Part shown: in pieces, positions 38,501-52,376 of the stretch
How positions within the stretch are numbered: position 1 is the first letter of the stretch
Layout of the letters: every line of letters begins with the position of its first letter
Assembly (NCBI GenBank): GCA_002189035.1
Contig: CM007990.1
Span: 1,922,001-1,986,000, forward strand
Length of the DNA: 64,000 nucleotides
DNA from: Utricularia gibba
Taxonomy: Eukaryota > Plantae > Magnoliophyta
Direction of reading: 5' to 3'
Position numbers and translations under genes: made by a program
Notes under the pieces: generated by a model
What the model was told of the DNA's origin: nothing
What the model saw: the letters and a program-made list of their open reading frames with translations, nothing else
The model's database searches: none

Positions 38501-40617
38501 TGTCTATACTACTGTCAGAAATAGAATATTCAACTCTTTCATTAAAGAACTACTTGTTTAAAGTGAACCTTAAGAAGGTTGCACAATATGATCAGGTGAA
38601 CACCTTCGATCTTGAGGAGGATTATCATCAGCTTTGACACCAATCCACCTTGAAAAAAATACAAGCAACATGATAACAATTCAGCATTCAAAAAATATTT
38701 GATATAAAAGCTAAAAGCATCAGCAAAATCATATAATTGAGTAAGTATTGAAGACAATCAACCTGCGTTACAATATTATGGAAAAACACAAAAGTAACAA
38801 AAAAAATATATCTCATTTCACTTATGTTAAACATAAAAGTACGAGCATTAATGAACCTGGAAGAGTTATGGCCGTCATCCTCAATTCTGTTTTTGGAACT
38901 GTCAGCACTCCTACCTCTAGGCCCATTGGGATAATCATCAACACTTTTTCTTCCACGGTAATCATCATCCCGATAACTTTCTGATCCATAGCGATCTTCT
39001 GCATCTCTGTGATACCTATCCCCATCACGGCTATATGAATCACTATGTCTCCCATATCTATCATCATCCTTTGAGCCCCAATCTCTGTATTTCCCATTGC
39101 CATTTCGTTCATCATCTCTGTATCGGCCTTCATAATGATCATCATCATATCTGTCTCTGTGTTCAGAACTTGAGCGATATGCACTAGCAGCATAGTTGTT
39201 TTGGAACCTGTTGGGAGTAAAAAAAACATAAGCATAACAAAATATGACAAGCTTATCTTGATTCTCTCAATTCAGAACAACAAAAAAATGGGTACACTAT
39301 CAAACATTGATAATTAAAAAGCTACTTGTCAACAAAAGGATGATGAATAGAATAAAATCGTATTATTTGAGGCTTGAAAGAAAATGAGAGAAAAATATAA
39401 AGGGAAAGGATCTACAGTATTTTATTGTATTCAAAGTACTCAATGCTCACATACTTGCCCCTGTTAGCAGCAGCCTTCTGACGAGTTTCTTGTATTCTTT
39501 CCTTGTCATTGACAAGAGCTACAAGACTTTGAGATTTCTTTCTAACGTTGCTTCCTTGGTCTCTCCCACCCGAATCAATATATTGAAAATCGGACAATGT
39601 CTATCATGCAGGAAGGGGATGAACGTTCCATGAGTCAATGTCCATTCATAGAACCTTGTTAAGTAAATAAACAGCTTACAGAGATCTGATAAGCATGTTC
39701 TCTTATATCATCTATGGCACGCTCTGATCCATGGGCCACCATGTAATCCAACACAATCAGAGCCTGCAATAAAACAGCAACCTTGTTAAGTAAAAAAACA
39801 GCGTGATTGCAGAGATTGGAAGATATAAATGAAAACAAACCACAACAGCAAATAAAGTCATTGCTGCCTCAGCAAATAGATCTAAAATATTATTAAGTTG
39901 CATGTTTGGAAACATTGAAACTTTCACCCAAATCTACGAACCTTGTATACATGCCGCCAGTTTTTTCCAGTATCATTTATACGCTTCCATATGATAGACA
40001 TTATCATCTGATACTCATGACTGAAGTAAACAACAAACAGATACGATTCTATGACTATCAATCATATTATATAACACTTGCATGAAATAGAGCTTACTAA
40101 TTTCTTGTAGCTTGAGCAATATCTGCAAGAAGCGATCCATGGGGACCCCAAGATTCATTACTTGTAGCATCGAGAACCTAGGAGCGTACTCCAACGAAAA
40201 ATTTAATGAGAAAGGAATAATCGCAAGACAAAAGTTGTGTGGCAAAAGAAGATAGTAGGGCAGAAAAAGGTCAAAAGAAGACTACCTTCTGCTCAATTGA
40301 AGGGACTTTAAGAACTTTCTTGTTGACCTCTCTCTTACTGCAAGATGACGTCAAATATCATGAGAAATTAAAGACACACACAAGTTAACTATTCTTTTTC
40401 CTAGAAACGTAAGGGCAAGGAAAGTTGATGTCAGCAACCTCTAGATTCTCAAAAAACACTAAGACATAACTAATAAAATTAACAAGATGGGGTATTTTTC
40501 AAGCCAAGTGCCATTAATGACGTCGTCTTCATAAATAAATTGCTCTAGGAGTACTAGACAGCTCGAGTTTCAAGATTCTCACAGGTCACGAACAGTTTGA
40601 TCAAAAGCCTTCTTCAT
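35580..40617 (-). CDS. EPSIN2: Clathrin interactor EPSIN 2/3-like (ENTH domain); coding exons 40583-40617, 40286-40337, 40098-40177, 39942-40020, 39680-39763, 39455-39600, 38857-39207, ~38604-38649, 38404-38512, 38116-38333, 37315-37475, 36078-37023, 35580-36004
   Basis: [83 protein letters not shown] (ENTH), a D/R/Y-rich region, [55 protein letters not shown] and a Met/Gly-rich tail. A 5' UTR exon probably lies near 41000-41200. Confidence 0.93.
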
Positions 40618-43155
40618 TCTGTCTTCTACTGGGGGTAGCCTCCACTTGAACTCTTCCTGCGCTACAACGAAAAGGACTTTTCAAGCGGGCGACATTTCTG
40701 AGGTTTCACACCAGAATGAAATTTCCCAGCATCGCAATTCCATCCAAATCAGTCATAACCGATATTGCCATTTAAAAAAAAAATCAGTCATAACCGACCA
40801 TAAAACAAGGAAAATGAATGAAGAAGCATTGAACTCCCTGGAGGAAGCATAAAGTAGTCAAGAAAATGCCGATTCCAATAAAAAACAATCCAAAAGGAAG
40901 GCAGCGGTATAGATCTCAACGGAGAACCGTGAATCGGCGAAGCAAAAGATGAATCCAGTAGAAACGACTGAAAACAAAGCTAGATCTGTACCTGTTAACT
41001 AAATATGCGACGGATCTTCTTCAACGAGAGACGAGAAAACGAGAAGCAAGAATATGAGTACCTGAGAAATCAAGAGATTTGCTAGGAATGCGAGCTGGGG
41101 CAAGATGGAGAGACACAGCGAAGGGAAGCAATTGATTGGGTAGTTGGCTTGGCGATTGAAATGAGAAGAGAAATGGGCAGCGGAAAAAGGCGACGCTGGA
41201 AACTATATATATAGAGCTGAAGTTTCCTATTAAACAAATTAAATTACTTTCAAATTCCACGGTGCGTGACTTTTGTTTAACGTGATACCATGCAAATGAA
41301 TTTTGACTAACAAGTTATTTATAAAGTAAATGAACTACATTCCCGTATATGCAGCATAGTAAATACTAATGGAGTATTTGATGAGAAATTGATATACGAA
41401 AAAATGTTTTAATACAAATATTAATCACAAATTTGATATATTTTAATTGGATTGATAACGTAAAATTAGGATATCAAATCATTTATAAATATATGATTAT
41501 ATCCCATAAAATATAAATTTATTACCACAGTCAAAAAAAAATTTAGAAAATAAAAACATATTTAAAAATTAAATCTGACAAAATTCTAAAAAAGAAAAAA
41601 AGTTAGAAGTAAAAAATAAAATAAAACCCCAGCATAAATTTATTGAATATATTTAAAAGGAAGTCAAGAATTGAAATATAGTGTAAAAAATGAGCAAAAA
41701 AATTGAGAGGTAAAAATCTTACTACTATAATATCAAAAGGAAATAAAATTGACGTATCACATAATATATTCAAATTTTATTCTTATTCAATTTATTTTAT
41801 TTCTCAAATACTAAGCATTTAAGATGTTGTCATTCAAAAAATTCTGAAATTTTTTTTATAGAATAATTTATTAATTATAAAGGTAATTTTATCAAAAATT
41901 ATTTTTGGAAAATTAAAAAATAGTCTATTTCTATTTTTTATATCTTATTTCTATTTTAACATTTTATTTTTACTGTTTTTAGAATACTTACAATCTATTT
42001 ATATTTTTATCAATTATTTTTATTTTTTAAAAATAATTTTGAAAAAGTAGAAATATACTTTAAAAATTTTTAGAACACTAATTAAGCATTTAAAATTCCA
42101 AAATTTTAATAAAACATAGTAGGTGCAAAAAATATGCGTTGATTGTTGATGGGCTCAATTTAGGGGGTCTATTGGTTCAGAATAATAATAATGAATGTAA
42201 TTAGAGGTTTTTAGGTGTAGTATTGATTCAAGAGCATTGGAATCCCAACAGCAGCAGTTGTAATGTGTCATTGCAAGTGTGATGTTGCACACAGCAGCAG
42301 CTTAAAAGCAAATTTGGTTGTGTTGTAAGAATGCCACAAAAAGTATATAATATATTACCGTGTAGTTGGTGGGATGAGGTAATCGAATCATTCCCATTGT
42401 ATATAATAATGTATGGATGGTATGTGCGTCTTCTGGCTCTGCCCCCAGGCCCAGTCCCAGTCCCACCACCAACAACAACTCATGCCGTCTCGTGGGTGAT
42501 GAGTTGTTGAAACTCCAAATTCATTCGGACCAAATGTCTCTTCCAAACCAGCCCCCATAATTAATTCTATCTTAAATTTTGATTGAACCAAAATTATAAT
42601 TATTTGAATGCATTTGATGTTTGTTTAAAATCATCCATTTAATCATATTAAGTCACTCATAAAATCAATTAATAATTATCTACTAAATATTTATTTTGAT
42701 TTTAGATGAACTTCATTTTTATTTCATTATAACATATATTATATATTTATTAATATTTTTTCTTATCTCTTATAAACATGGAAATATTTAGACAACATAC
42801 CATGCAAATTTTGAACATGACCTTGATCTTAGCTTCTCATTTCTTTATATTTCTATAAATATACAGTATGGTTTTGTTGGATAAATATCTCACAGCAAAA
42901 AAAAATAATTTATGTTGAAAAATGATGAAATATCGATTTACAAATATACATACAATATAAGAATTTAGAAAAACAATCTATACAAAGAGTTTTTAAAAAT
43001 AAGACATAAAAAATAAACCTACAAATCTCCAAGAATTCTTCAACTCGAAAAGTAAAAAGTGAAAAAATACATTACTTTCATCCTTAGTGAACATCTTCCA
43101 CTTGAATATGAGCCTCTCAATACTTATAAAAAGTCAATATCTATTGTCCCAAACC

Positions 43156-44026
43156 GTGCACGTTTGATTGGGTGGTTTAGATGGGTTGCAACGTCGGTTT
43201 AGAAATAAACTCACGTTTGGTACGTGGGTTTCAGGTGGGTAAAAATAAACCCGTCTACTGCCTATAAACCGGATAGGAACCCGCCCAATTGGGTTTAGCT
43301 AAACCCATTGGGGGAGATCAGTTTAGCTAAACAAGGTTCATCGTTTCCAATTTTATCCTGGCGTCATCCAACTTTGAATGCAGATCTACAAACCAGAAGC
43401 TTTGTGAATTACCGGCGGCGTCGCGTGTAGTTTGGGCACAAAGGGCGGGTCTTCCAGTAAATGTGTTTTCTGTTCTTGGTGGGTTTGTCCACGACAACAC
43501 CGCATAGTAGGTTTTTATCTGTGATTTTCCAATTTTAGAATCAATGTTGCTATGTGTGTGCATTTATTTTGCTCGATTTTTGCTACTGTTGAGGAGACAT
43601 GGATTTTTCCACGGCCTGGGCTAAGCTACGCACACCGCAGCACCGTATGCTGCCTAATGCAGTGCTCTGTTTTCCAAAAAAAAAAATGAGATAAAATACT
43701 GTAGTTATCCAGCTACACCGTAATACCGAGATTGTTCGTACGCTGTGCTTTCCCATAGGATATCGCAACACTGTTTACCCTACGCAGTGGTCATACCAAT
43801 TACATGTAGTTATTGTTGGGGAAGACTATATTGGTAATTTCATATGAAAATTCATCATAAACTCAATTTTATACCTACGTACCAAACGTGTATTCATCTT
43901 AAACTCAAATAACTAAATCACATCAACGAAACATGAATTACACTCTCTAAATCTATATAATCGGATTATCTAAACCTAAATAAACTAAATCTGGGTTTAG
44001 GCTAAACTCAACAACCAAATGCGCCC
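43156..44026. mobile_element. Possible Tourist/PIF-like non-autonomous element
   Basis: The right end ccaaatgcgccc followed by TTA is a PIF-type TIR plus TSD. The left end gtgcacgtttgatt matches its reverse complement at 10 of 14 positions, but no left TTA/TAA is present. Confidence 0.4.
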
Positions 44027-45379
44027 TTAGATATAAATCAAATGATCACTGAATACTCAACCCCATTTGGTATATAATTCTCATGTATAAACAATACTAT
44101 ACTAAAAAGGCAACTCCAATGGTACATAGAACAATGGTTAGATTTTGATTCTTTATATATATGATGTTGTAATTAAAGTAAAACAACTTTTCGAATTGTT
44201 ATCCATTTTTTACATCATATTCATATTTACTAGAATATCTCAAACCCTCCTTTGCTTTTCTTATTTACATTTGCAATTGTAATTATATTAGAATCATTGA
44301 AATTTCAACAATTTGCTGAATATCTCTGTTTTTCCATATATTTGTACAATGCTTCTTTTTTATTTTGTAATAATTTTATTTTGTAAATACTAAAAAAATA
44401 TATTTTTAGTAAATATTTTTAAATAATAAAAAATATTTAATAAAATAATGAAAATTACAAATATATAAAATATTATATATAAATACTAAATTATTTCGAA
44501 AAATAAATTATTAAAAAATATATATACACAAATTATTTCATGTTTATAATATAAAATATAAAAATTAATTAATTGTTTTTAAAAAATAAATTATAATTAA
44601 TTTTTATTTTTTGTAATACACTAAGATTTATATATAAAAATAGAAATATAAGTAATCCTAATTTCAAAAATATATTTTCAATTACAATTTTAAATTTAAT
44701 TTTAATTAACTTTAGATTTCAAATAAATATGACATTTTATAAAATCTATTTTTGTAAATTTACATTTAAAAATAATTATGACGTGCTCCCAACATGGTTT
44801 ATATAATCCACGACCTACATAACATGATTGGTATTGACATGGATTATTTATCATTATTTATTAAAAATAAAAAAATAAAAAACAAAAAACTATTGATGTT
44901 TTTAATGGCTATTTCATTTTTTGATAAAAAAAATAAGAAATAGTTATTAAAGTTTCAATGGTTGGTTTAATTATAACGACCCACTTCATTAATTTAATAA
45001 ATAAATTTATTTATAGAATTTCGATAAATTTCATACATGTGACATTAATTTTCATTTAATTTTTAAACATTTATTTTAGTTCATTTACATATTTTCCTAT
45101 TTTTTATACAAATATTCATCTTGATTTTACCTTTACATTTTTACTTCTTTCGCAAGTGTAATAACTACTTCATTCATACAAGTATGTGTATTTTAGTGTA
45201 ACAATAATTTGAGTGATTTTGCTATTAACATAATGTTTGATGGAGCATTGAATGAATATTTTTTATACAAAAGGGATCAACTTCAAAGTACTATATCATT
45301 ATTTACATGTTATAAATAGATATGAATTGTAGAACTGTATCTCATTTCCATAATACATATAGCTTTAAAGGTCATCTTC

Positions 45380-46150
45380 TTTACTAGATGTTTTGGGTAT
45401 TTGAGCCATATATAAAAAAGTATAAATACTATCAACATGTTATATAAGTTGATGTAACACATCTCTATATTTGATAAAACTACAAGTTACATGTAGTTGC
45501 TATCGATACAAAAGAACATTGTTTCCATGTATCTTAGGTCATAGCAGATGGAGAATCAGGTTCAATGTGGACATAGCTTTTAGAATTGCTCGATTAGTAT
45601 ATTGTACGTGGTCGTCACCCCATGTGCATAATTATTGATTGAGGATCTGGACTTTTGGTCATTACAAGTATGGTACCAAGATTTTGGGAGCCTTATGGAT
45701 ACCATTGATTTTATCTATGACACGTATGCACAAATTGCATGACACATCACAAGAATAAACATTTGCATGCTTTGATATGAGCTATAGAAAATACGCCTGA
45801 TCGACATGAATTTCAGCATTTAATGGATACAATCTATCATATATATCTTAAGTTATGCCAATATTTGATGGATATTCCACCAAATATATGGACGTTATCA
45901 CATAATGAAAGAGTAAAGTATATTGTATTAATATTAATATTTATGCTATTATTATTGTTTTTCTTCTTCTTCTTTCTAATATTACTATTATTATTTATAT
46001 TATAAGAAATATGATAATTATATTTACAGATTCGACATTATGATAACAAATCATATTGAGATGATGAATGGGATATTTCGGGGTGAACGATGGCATCCTC
46101 CTAAAACCATTGTCAAGTTGTGTAAAAATGTTTTTGTTGATAGTAGATTA
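45380..46150 (+). mobile_element. Degenerate Mutator (MuDRA-like) transposase remnant
   Basis: FY*MFWVFEPYIKKYKYYQHVI*VDVTHLY..VVAIDTKEHCF..IADGESGSMWT..CIIID*GSGL, RHVCTNLHD, YLMDIPPNIWTLSHN, IMITNHIEMMNGIFRG follow the MULE transposase motif order. Confidence 0.75.
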
Positions 46151-47171
46151 CTATATATATAATAATAAAATTTATGATTATAGCCTAAATTTGAGAAAAC
46201 CAAAAATAATTTAAAGATTGTTGATGCATTCCATTGGGATCCATTTCCATTCATGTTGAAACTAAATCTTACAAGACAATATAAACAAACAACGTTTAGG
46301 GAAAAAGACAATAACTTGTAGATAAGAAACAATATACTAGATAACTAATAGTTCAAACTTCAAAGATTCACTATACATTCGAGTTGTGAGAATACGAGGA
46401 TCCATCTATTTATTTGTTTCAACATTTTGCATATGATGCTAGTTATGAGATATAAACAAGGATGTTATCATTGTTTGGATCTATTTCTTCACAAGATCTA
46501 GTGTCATAACTTTCAAGAAATCAACCCTCAAATCGACTTAAGAATCTTATCCTAAAGGACGTTTGAATAATTGATAAAATTGATTACAAATTTAATTTTT
46601 TTTTATATTTTTTATTGGATTGTAATTTATATATTTTATTTTATTTTTGTATTTTTTAAATTTGGTTGAATGTTATTGATAAAACATATGAAAATATAAA
46701 TATTTGTTCTTGACTTAGGAATGATAAATCATGATTATGACTTGATTTTATATAATAATATAAAAAGTATATTTAATTTTATTATTTAAAAATTATTTCT
46801 ATTGATATACTAAGAAATTGAATTGAAATTAAGAAAAAACAGTACAATTTTCTAATATATATAAACATATCTATTAACTATTTTAATCTATTAAATATAA
46901 ATTTATTATTTTATTATTTTGTCAGGTATTCAGCGAAACGAGAGTAGGAAGATATTTACTTAATTTTATTAAAAGAAGGAATATTCGGCAAACCCATTTT
47001 TAAAGTGAGATATTTTGTAAAATTTCCTTTACTTGCGTACAAATAGGCAGTGCTTTTAGTTTTGGGACTTGGCCCATCGACATTTCCTTTAGTTTTGTAA
47101 ATTGTTGTTTTGTTTTCTTCTTTTCCACTTGAGGCTTGAGAATCGCTGTTCTCAGAAATCAGACTGGAGAG

Positions 47172-48688
47172 ATGCCGTACGAATTGGACGAGCGAAAGAG
47201 TGAGTTAAACTGGATGCTGTTGGTTTCTATCGCATTCATCTTCAACACTTCCCTGCAGTTTATGCTAAGAGTGGTCATGGATATTGCTTGAATTTTGTGA
47301 AATTTGACTTAGCTTGAGGCGATGAATCCGTGGGTGTTGGGAACATTTTATGATTTTCCTTGTTTCACGTCTAGGTTTCTTTCTCATATTAAATTCTTGT
47401 AACGAAATGTTTGGGTATGCGGTTCTTGCTGTTGTGTTCAGATGCGGATCCAGGAATTGACATTATGAGGTATTCTACGGGTAGCTCAAGAAGAATGGGT
47501 AAATGTTAGGAAGGGGAATGCTCATTTTGTATCCATGAAACGTTGAGTGTGTATAATTCTGATGGGAGTTTTAGGAATTTCTGATGAACACTCATTAGCT
47601 TTTGTGTGGTTTAATGACAAGCCTATTATCAATTTGGAAGCTTATCTCTGATTGTATTTTTTTTTTTCAATTTGATTCTTGATAGAAGCTGGTCTCGGCC
47701 TTATTGGCTTTGGTATATTCTTCACCTTCCTTGCAGTAATTCTGTTTTTTGACAGAGGTTTACTGGCTCTTGGAAATGTAAGACCATCAATTTCCTGCAT
47801 TTACATGACGATTCTCTTACCTCATCAACTTCTCTGATTGTAAATGCCCTGTTGTCCTTAGATATTTTGCTTAACTGGTGTGGGCATTTTGTTGGGATTC
47901 AAATCAACATTGCAACTCCTCACCAACCCCAGGAACTATAAGGTATATGTGGTTTGTGGATGTTTATCCAACACTCCTGTCATTCAATATCCGTACACTA
48001 GATGTTTTGGTCAAAATAAACCTTTTTCGGAAAACATGTTACTTAAGCTCGGTTTTTGTTATCCTTGTTACAGTTTTCATAGTAGATATTGTTTACCTGT
48101 GATAGTGCGTGGTGCTCACTCAATTGATGTGATCCTGGTGATATCTAATCCCGCCAACATCATTTTGATTTAATTTCAATGATTGAAACGTCGCTTGCTG
48201 CATCTTGATGAACTGGAGCTTCAGTTTTCATGAATATGCTATCTTCTACACTAGGGATCATTTTCACTTCTTCTTGGTATATTTTTGGTGCTTGTTCGTT
48301 GGCCTGTGATTGGGTTAATTGTAGAGCTTTACGGCTGCTATTCTCTTTTCAGGTGAATAGTTTGTTTTATTTCTTTCCACTCCTTGTGCCACTCCATTGA
48401 ATATTTCAAGTGCATCATTCCACTTTTTTTTTTTTAATTTTATTTGCAGTGGTTTCTGGCCCTCAATCAAGGCCTTCTTTTACCAAATTCCTGTGGTTGG
48501 CTTCATCATACAATATCCTCTCTTGGTACGTCTTGTTTTTCTTCAATTTGCATCAAAAGGCACATTTTGTGTTGAGGTATTTGATGCGTACGTTTTACCA
48601 TTATCCTTATGCACAACCATCTTTGTTTTGACAAAGTTTCATGCTCATGATTCAGCTTCTGAATCGCCTCCATAGCAACTCCAGCTGA
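47172..48688 (+). CDS. GOT1: Got1/Sft2-like vesicle transport protein; exons 47172-47199, 47686-47777, 47862-47942, 48255-48352, 48450-48525, 48656-48688 (135 aa)
   Basis: In-frame GT-AG exons: MPYELDERKKAGLGLIGFGIFFTFLAVILFFDRGLLALGNIFCLTGVGILLG..RNYKGSFSLLLG..RWPVIGLIVELYG..LFSGFWPSIKAFFYQIPVVG. The last exon is less certain. Confidence 0.9.
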
Positions 48689-50761
48689 TCCCCATTTGCC
48701 CCACCAGCATCCCTCCTTGTTGAATACACCATGCCTCTGGTGAAGCTCTTGATAAGTAAGAACGTTGACTATATCGTGTGAGAACATTGGCTACTGACAA
48801 CATTTGGCTATGTTGCTGTTAGTGTAGGCATATTCTATGAGCACTAGTTCGCTGCTAAGGGAACATGCAGTCTCTGATGGTCGATTTGAGCTTGTTATAT
48901 TATGGCTTCCTTGAAAAGTAGATTTCGTGTTTACTGAAGGGTCATCCTGCATTGTAAATCAGTACGGAACTATCTTTCTCTATGGCAATAGATGGTGGAA
49001 TGTGGACTTACGATGAACTATGGTTGGATGGAAGCATGGAAAAAATGTTAAAATGTTTGGTTGATTATGAATTTGATTTGAATCTTTTTTACAATTGAAT
49101 CGGATCCCTGAATTCTAGTTATATTTATCATTTGAATAATTTTTATGTTCTAATTTTTCATAATAAAGATGAATATCAGATACGAAAAGGAGAGAAACAC
49201 ATCAACATAAGTTTTAATTAAGATAATTTAAAAAGTTATGAACATAATACATAATTATTTTAGAATAGCTATTATTTAAAACAATTAAATAAAAAACATC
49301 TTATGTTTTAGAATTATTTAGCTTAAAAGTAAAATAAATATTACATAAAATCTGTTACTAATGAGAATTTATTAAAACTAAAACTTTGTAAAAAGTATTT
49401 AAATATAAAATATTAGTGTCATAGTCTACAATGTTTACTTCATTTATAAAAATAGTCTACATTTTTATACCATTTATTTCCACTATTTAAAAATCAAGCC
49501 TCATGAATTTTCATTATTTCAAAATCGAGTAAAATAAAATTTCACCATTTAAAAATTGGTATTTTAATTTTCATAAAATTAGTCATTATAATTTATAAAA
49601 GTAATTTGATATAAGTAATTTATATTATTTGTAATAACTGGTACACTTATTTTTTTAATTGTTTAACAGTATATAAAACTAGTTTTCATAAAACTTTTTA
49701 TATATGTTCCTCCCTCTATATTTACATCACATTTACACCTAATCCTCAAAGTTTTCTACCTATTAAATTTGATAATACTCCACAACTCCCAAAATCCCAT
49801 TAAACGTGACCATACCTAATTACATGCGATAATGCCCAATCATTCGGTAACAGATTGTGTTAAGAATTGAAAAATAAGGCATTGACACTTACTACAACAA
49901 TCCACCACCGAGCTACGTTTGGCACAATCAATCATCTTATTAAAAACGATACAAGACATTGTATAAATGAAAATATAAACCAAGTAACAAGACATTGTAT
50001 TACCCTTGATACTAAAAAAAGTGAATAACGATACAAATATTATTTATAATTGAAAATTTTCATAAACATAATTCATGGATTATGCATGCTGAACTTATCC
50101 CTTTAGGCTGTGTTTGGTAATGAGGATAATATGGGATAAGATGGGATATACTAATATGCAGGATAATAATAACGTGTTTGGTAAACAGAAGTAAATTTTT
50201 CTGGAATACTTTTTTCTTTTCTATAAATCATAAAAGTATCCTCATCAAAATCCCTCCTTAATTTTATACCTTACACATGAATAACTTTTTGATTATGAAA
50301 AGTCTAAAATATCCATAAATACATCTACATCTTGTCTTGAATTAAATTTGGGAGAAAATTATTTTTCAACCCTACAATTCTGTTTCCCCTCAAACTGCGA
50401 ATTTCTTCCTCCATCTATAAATTTTCTTCCTCAACCTGTGAATATTTTCTATACCAACTTGCAAAATTTGGATCGTAGACCCATTGTTGGGTCTCAAATT
50501 CATGTAATTGAGGTCCATGTTTTGACTATTTGGCGGCACAACAAAGTATTCATTCGGTGTCCCACCCATTTGTAGACATCAAAATCGAAGGTTAGTAGCC
50601 AAGATGAATGAATAATTTCTTTAATAATGCAAACATATTCATTTTGTATTTTCTGATTGTTTGCTTTGTTCCTGATGTGTGTACGCATAAGCATGTAGTG
50701 TCTTTTGCATTAATTATTATATGTGATGAATTAATTGTAGGAACCTAAATTATTTATTTAG

Positions 50762-52055
50762 ATGGAATCAATTAATGAGAATGCTCAGTTATTGCTATTG
50801 TCATATTTGTTGCAAAGGAATTTCGAAATTGCTCATATTATTGTGTTGCTTTGACTACGTTCTCATGGTTCAAGACAGCAATGCCGATACTCATATACAT
50901 CGAAAATGCCAAGACAAATTGAACATCTCCATGAATTAGTTAGCAACATGAACAACACAGCTTTGGAGGAATTGAGGATGAATAGAGATGTCTTTGGATG
51001 ATTGTGTTGTCTATTTCGTGATTATGCAAGGCTTCGTGACTCGAAGTATGTAACTATAAGTGAGAAAGCCTGTATTTTCTTAGGTATTTTAGTCCATCAT
51101 AAGAAGATGCGAGTTCAAAAGTCATCCTTCAAAAGATCGACATGGACAATTAGCTGTCACTTCAAGGTCGTTCTTGCAGCTATTTTATGCCTGCATGATA
51201 AGCTGTTAGTTAAGGGTGAACCTGTTATTACTACCAGTGCTACAGCAAGGTTACGTTTCTTTGAGGTACTATTTCATTTTTTGGTTATACAATGTTTATC
51301 TTAATAACTATTAATTGTTGAATGTTTGTAATATGTGTAGAATTGTTTAGGTGCTTTAGATGGGTCCTATATTGAGGCATGGGTGCCTGAGTGTGATAAG
51401 TCAAAATATCAAACCCGAAAAAGTACAATAGCCTTCAATGTCTTGGGTGTATGTGATCAAAATATGAATTTTATTTACATGCTTGCTGGTTGGGAAGGAT
51501 CGGTTGCTGACAGCCGTATACTTAAAAGTGCTTTGTCGAAAGAAGTTGGTGGTCTACGAGTACGTAGTGGTTAGTTGTGAGGTTAGTAAGATTTTTAAAT
51601 GTTTTTCCATGCATGTTGTGATTACAGGTTGCTATTATCTATGCGATAATGGCTACACCAATTGTGATGGTTTCCTAGCTCCATATCAATGGGGTACTGG
51701 AAATTCAGCACCTCAAAATGCGAAAGAGTTGTTTAACATGCGGCACGCCTCAACGAGAAATGTAATTTAGACAGCATGGGGAATTTTAAAGACTCGATGG
51801 GCCATTCTTCGGTCAGCATCCTACTATCCAGTTCAAACACAAAGTCGCATTATTCTTGCTTGTGCTTTATTACACAATTTCGTAAGAATGAATATGGCAT
51901 ATGATCCGTTGGAAGCCGAAGTGTCAGAGAATTTTACTGAATCTGCTGAGCAAGGGGCTGGTGAGTTCATAGCAGCTATTAAAACCTCTCCAGGGTGGTG
52001 TACATGGCGTGATGAGCTTGCAACGATTATGTGGAATGAGTATATGAATAGATAA
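50762..52055 (+). pseudogene. Harbinger DDE transposase (HARBI1-like), two introns, with premature stops
   Basis: LRMNRDVF, CLGALDGSYI, NVLGVCD..FIYMLAGWEGSVADSRIL, YYLCDNGY, ELFNMRHASTRNVI*TAWGILKTRWAIL, WRDELATIMW. Stops at ~50850, ~50999 and 51768, and an apparent deletion at APYQ|WG where RGVRYHL is usually found. Confidence 0.9.
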
Positions 52056-52376
52056 GCATTCGTTTTTTGTGTTTCTGTTAACTATCATATCCAAGATTGA
52101 ACATTTGTTATTTTTAAACATGGTGGAACATGTCGTTGCAAAGTGAACTTAAGATTATTATCAGTATTTTTATAAATCATATTTATTTCTAAACATGCGA
52201 GAACATTCGAGAACATTCGAGATGCAATAATTAAAAAAATATTTTTATAATCATATGACATATGTTTACTAAAAATATAAATAATTTAAATATGTTATTT
52301 ATTAAACCATATGATAAATATGAAAGTTTCTTAGTTTTTAATTTTATTAGCATTCGATCCTTAGTTATACTTTGGA

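Noticed and set aside
38822-39250. 142-aa Met/Ile-rich ORF
   Set aside because: An alternative frame of the low-complexity GAT-rich EPSIN exon 38857-39207.
44290-45100. AT-rich weak inverted repeats (similar ones at 49400-49700 and 60860-61130)
   Set aside because: Probably MITE debris, but arms could not be aligned beyond what base composition would give.
48526-48675. Alternative GOT1 C-terminus by retention of the last intron
   Set aside because: An open frame through a short intron can occur by chance, and there is no evidence of use.
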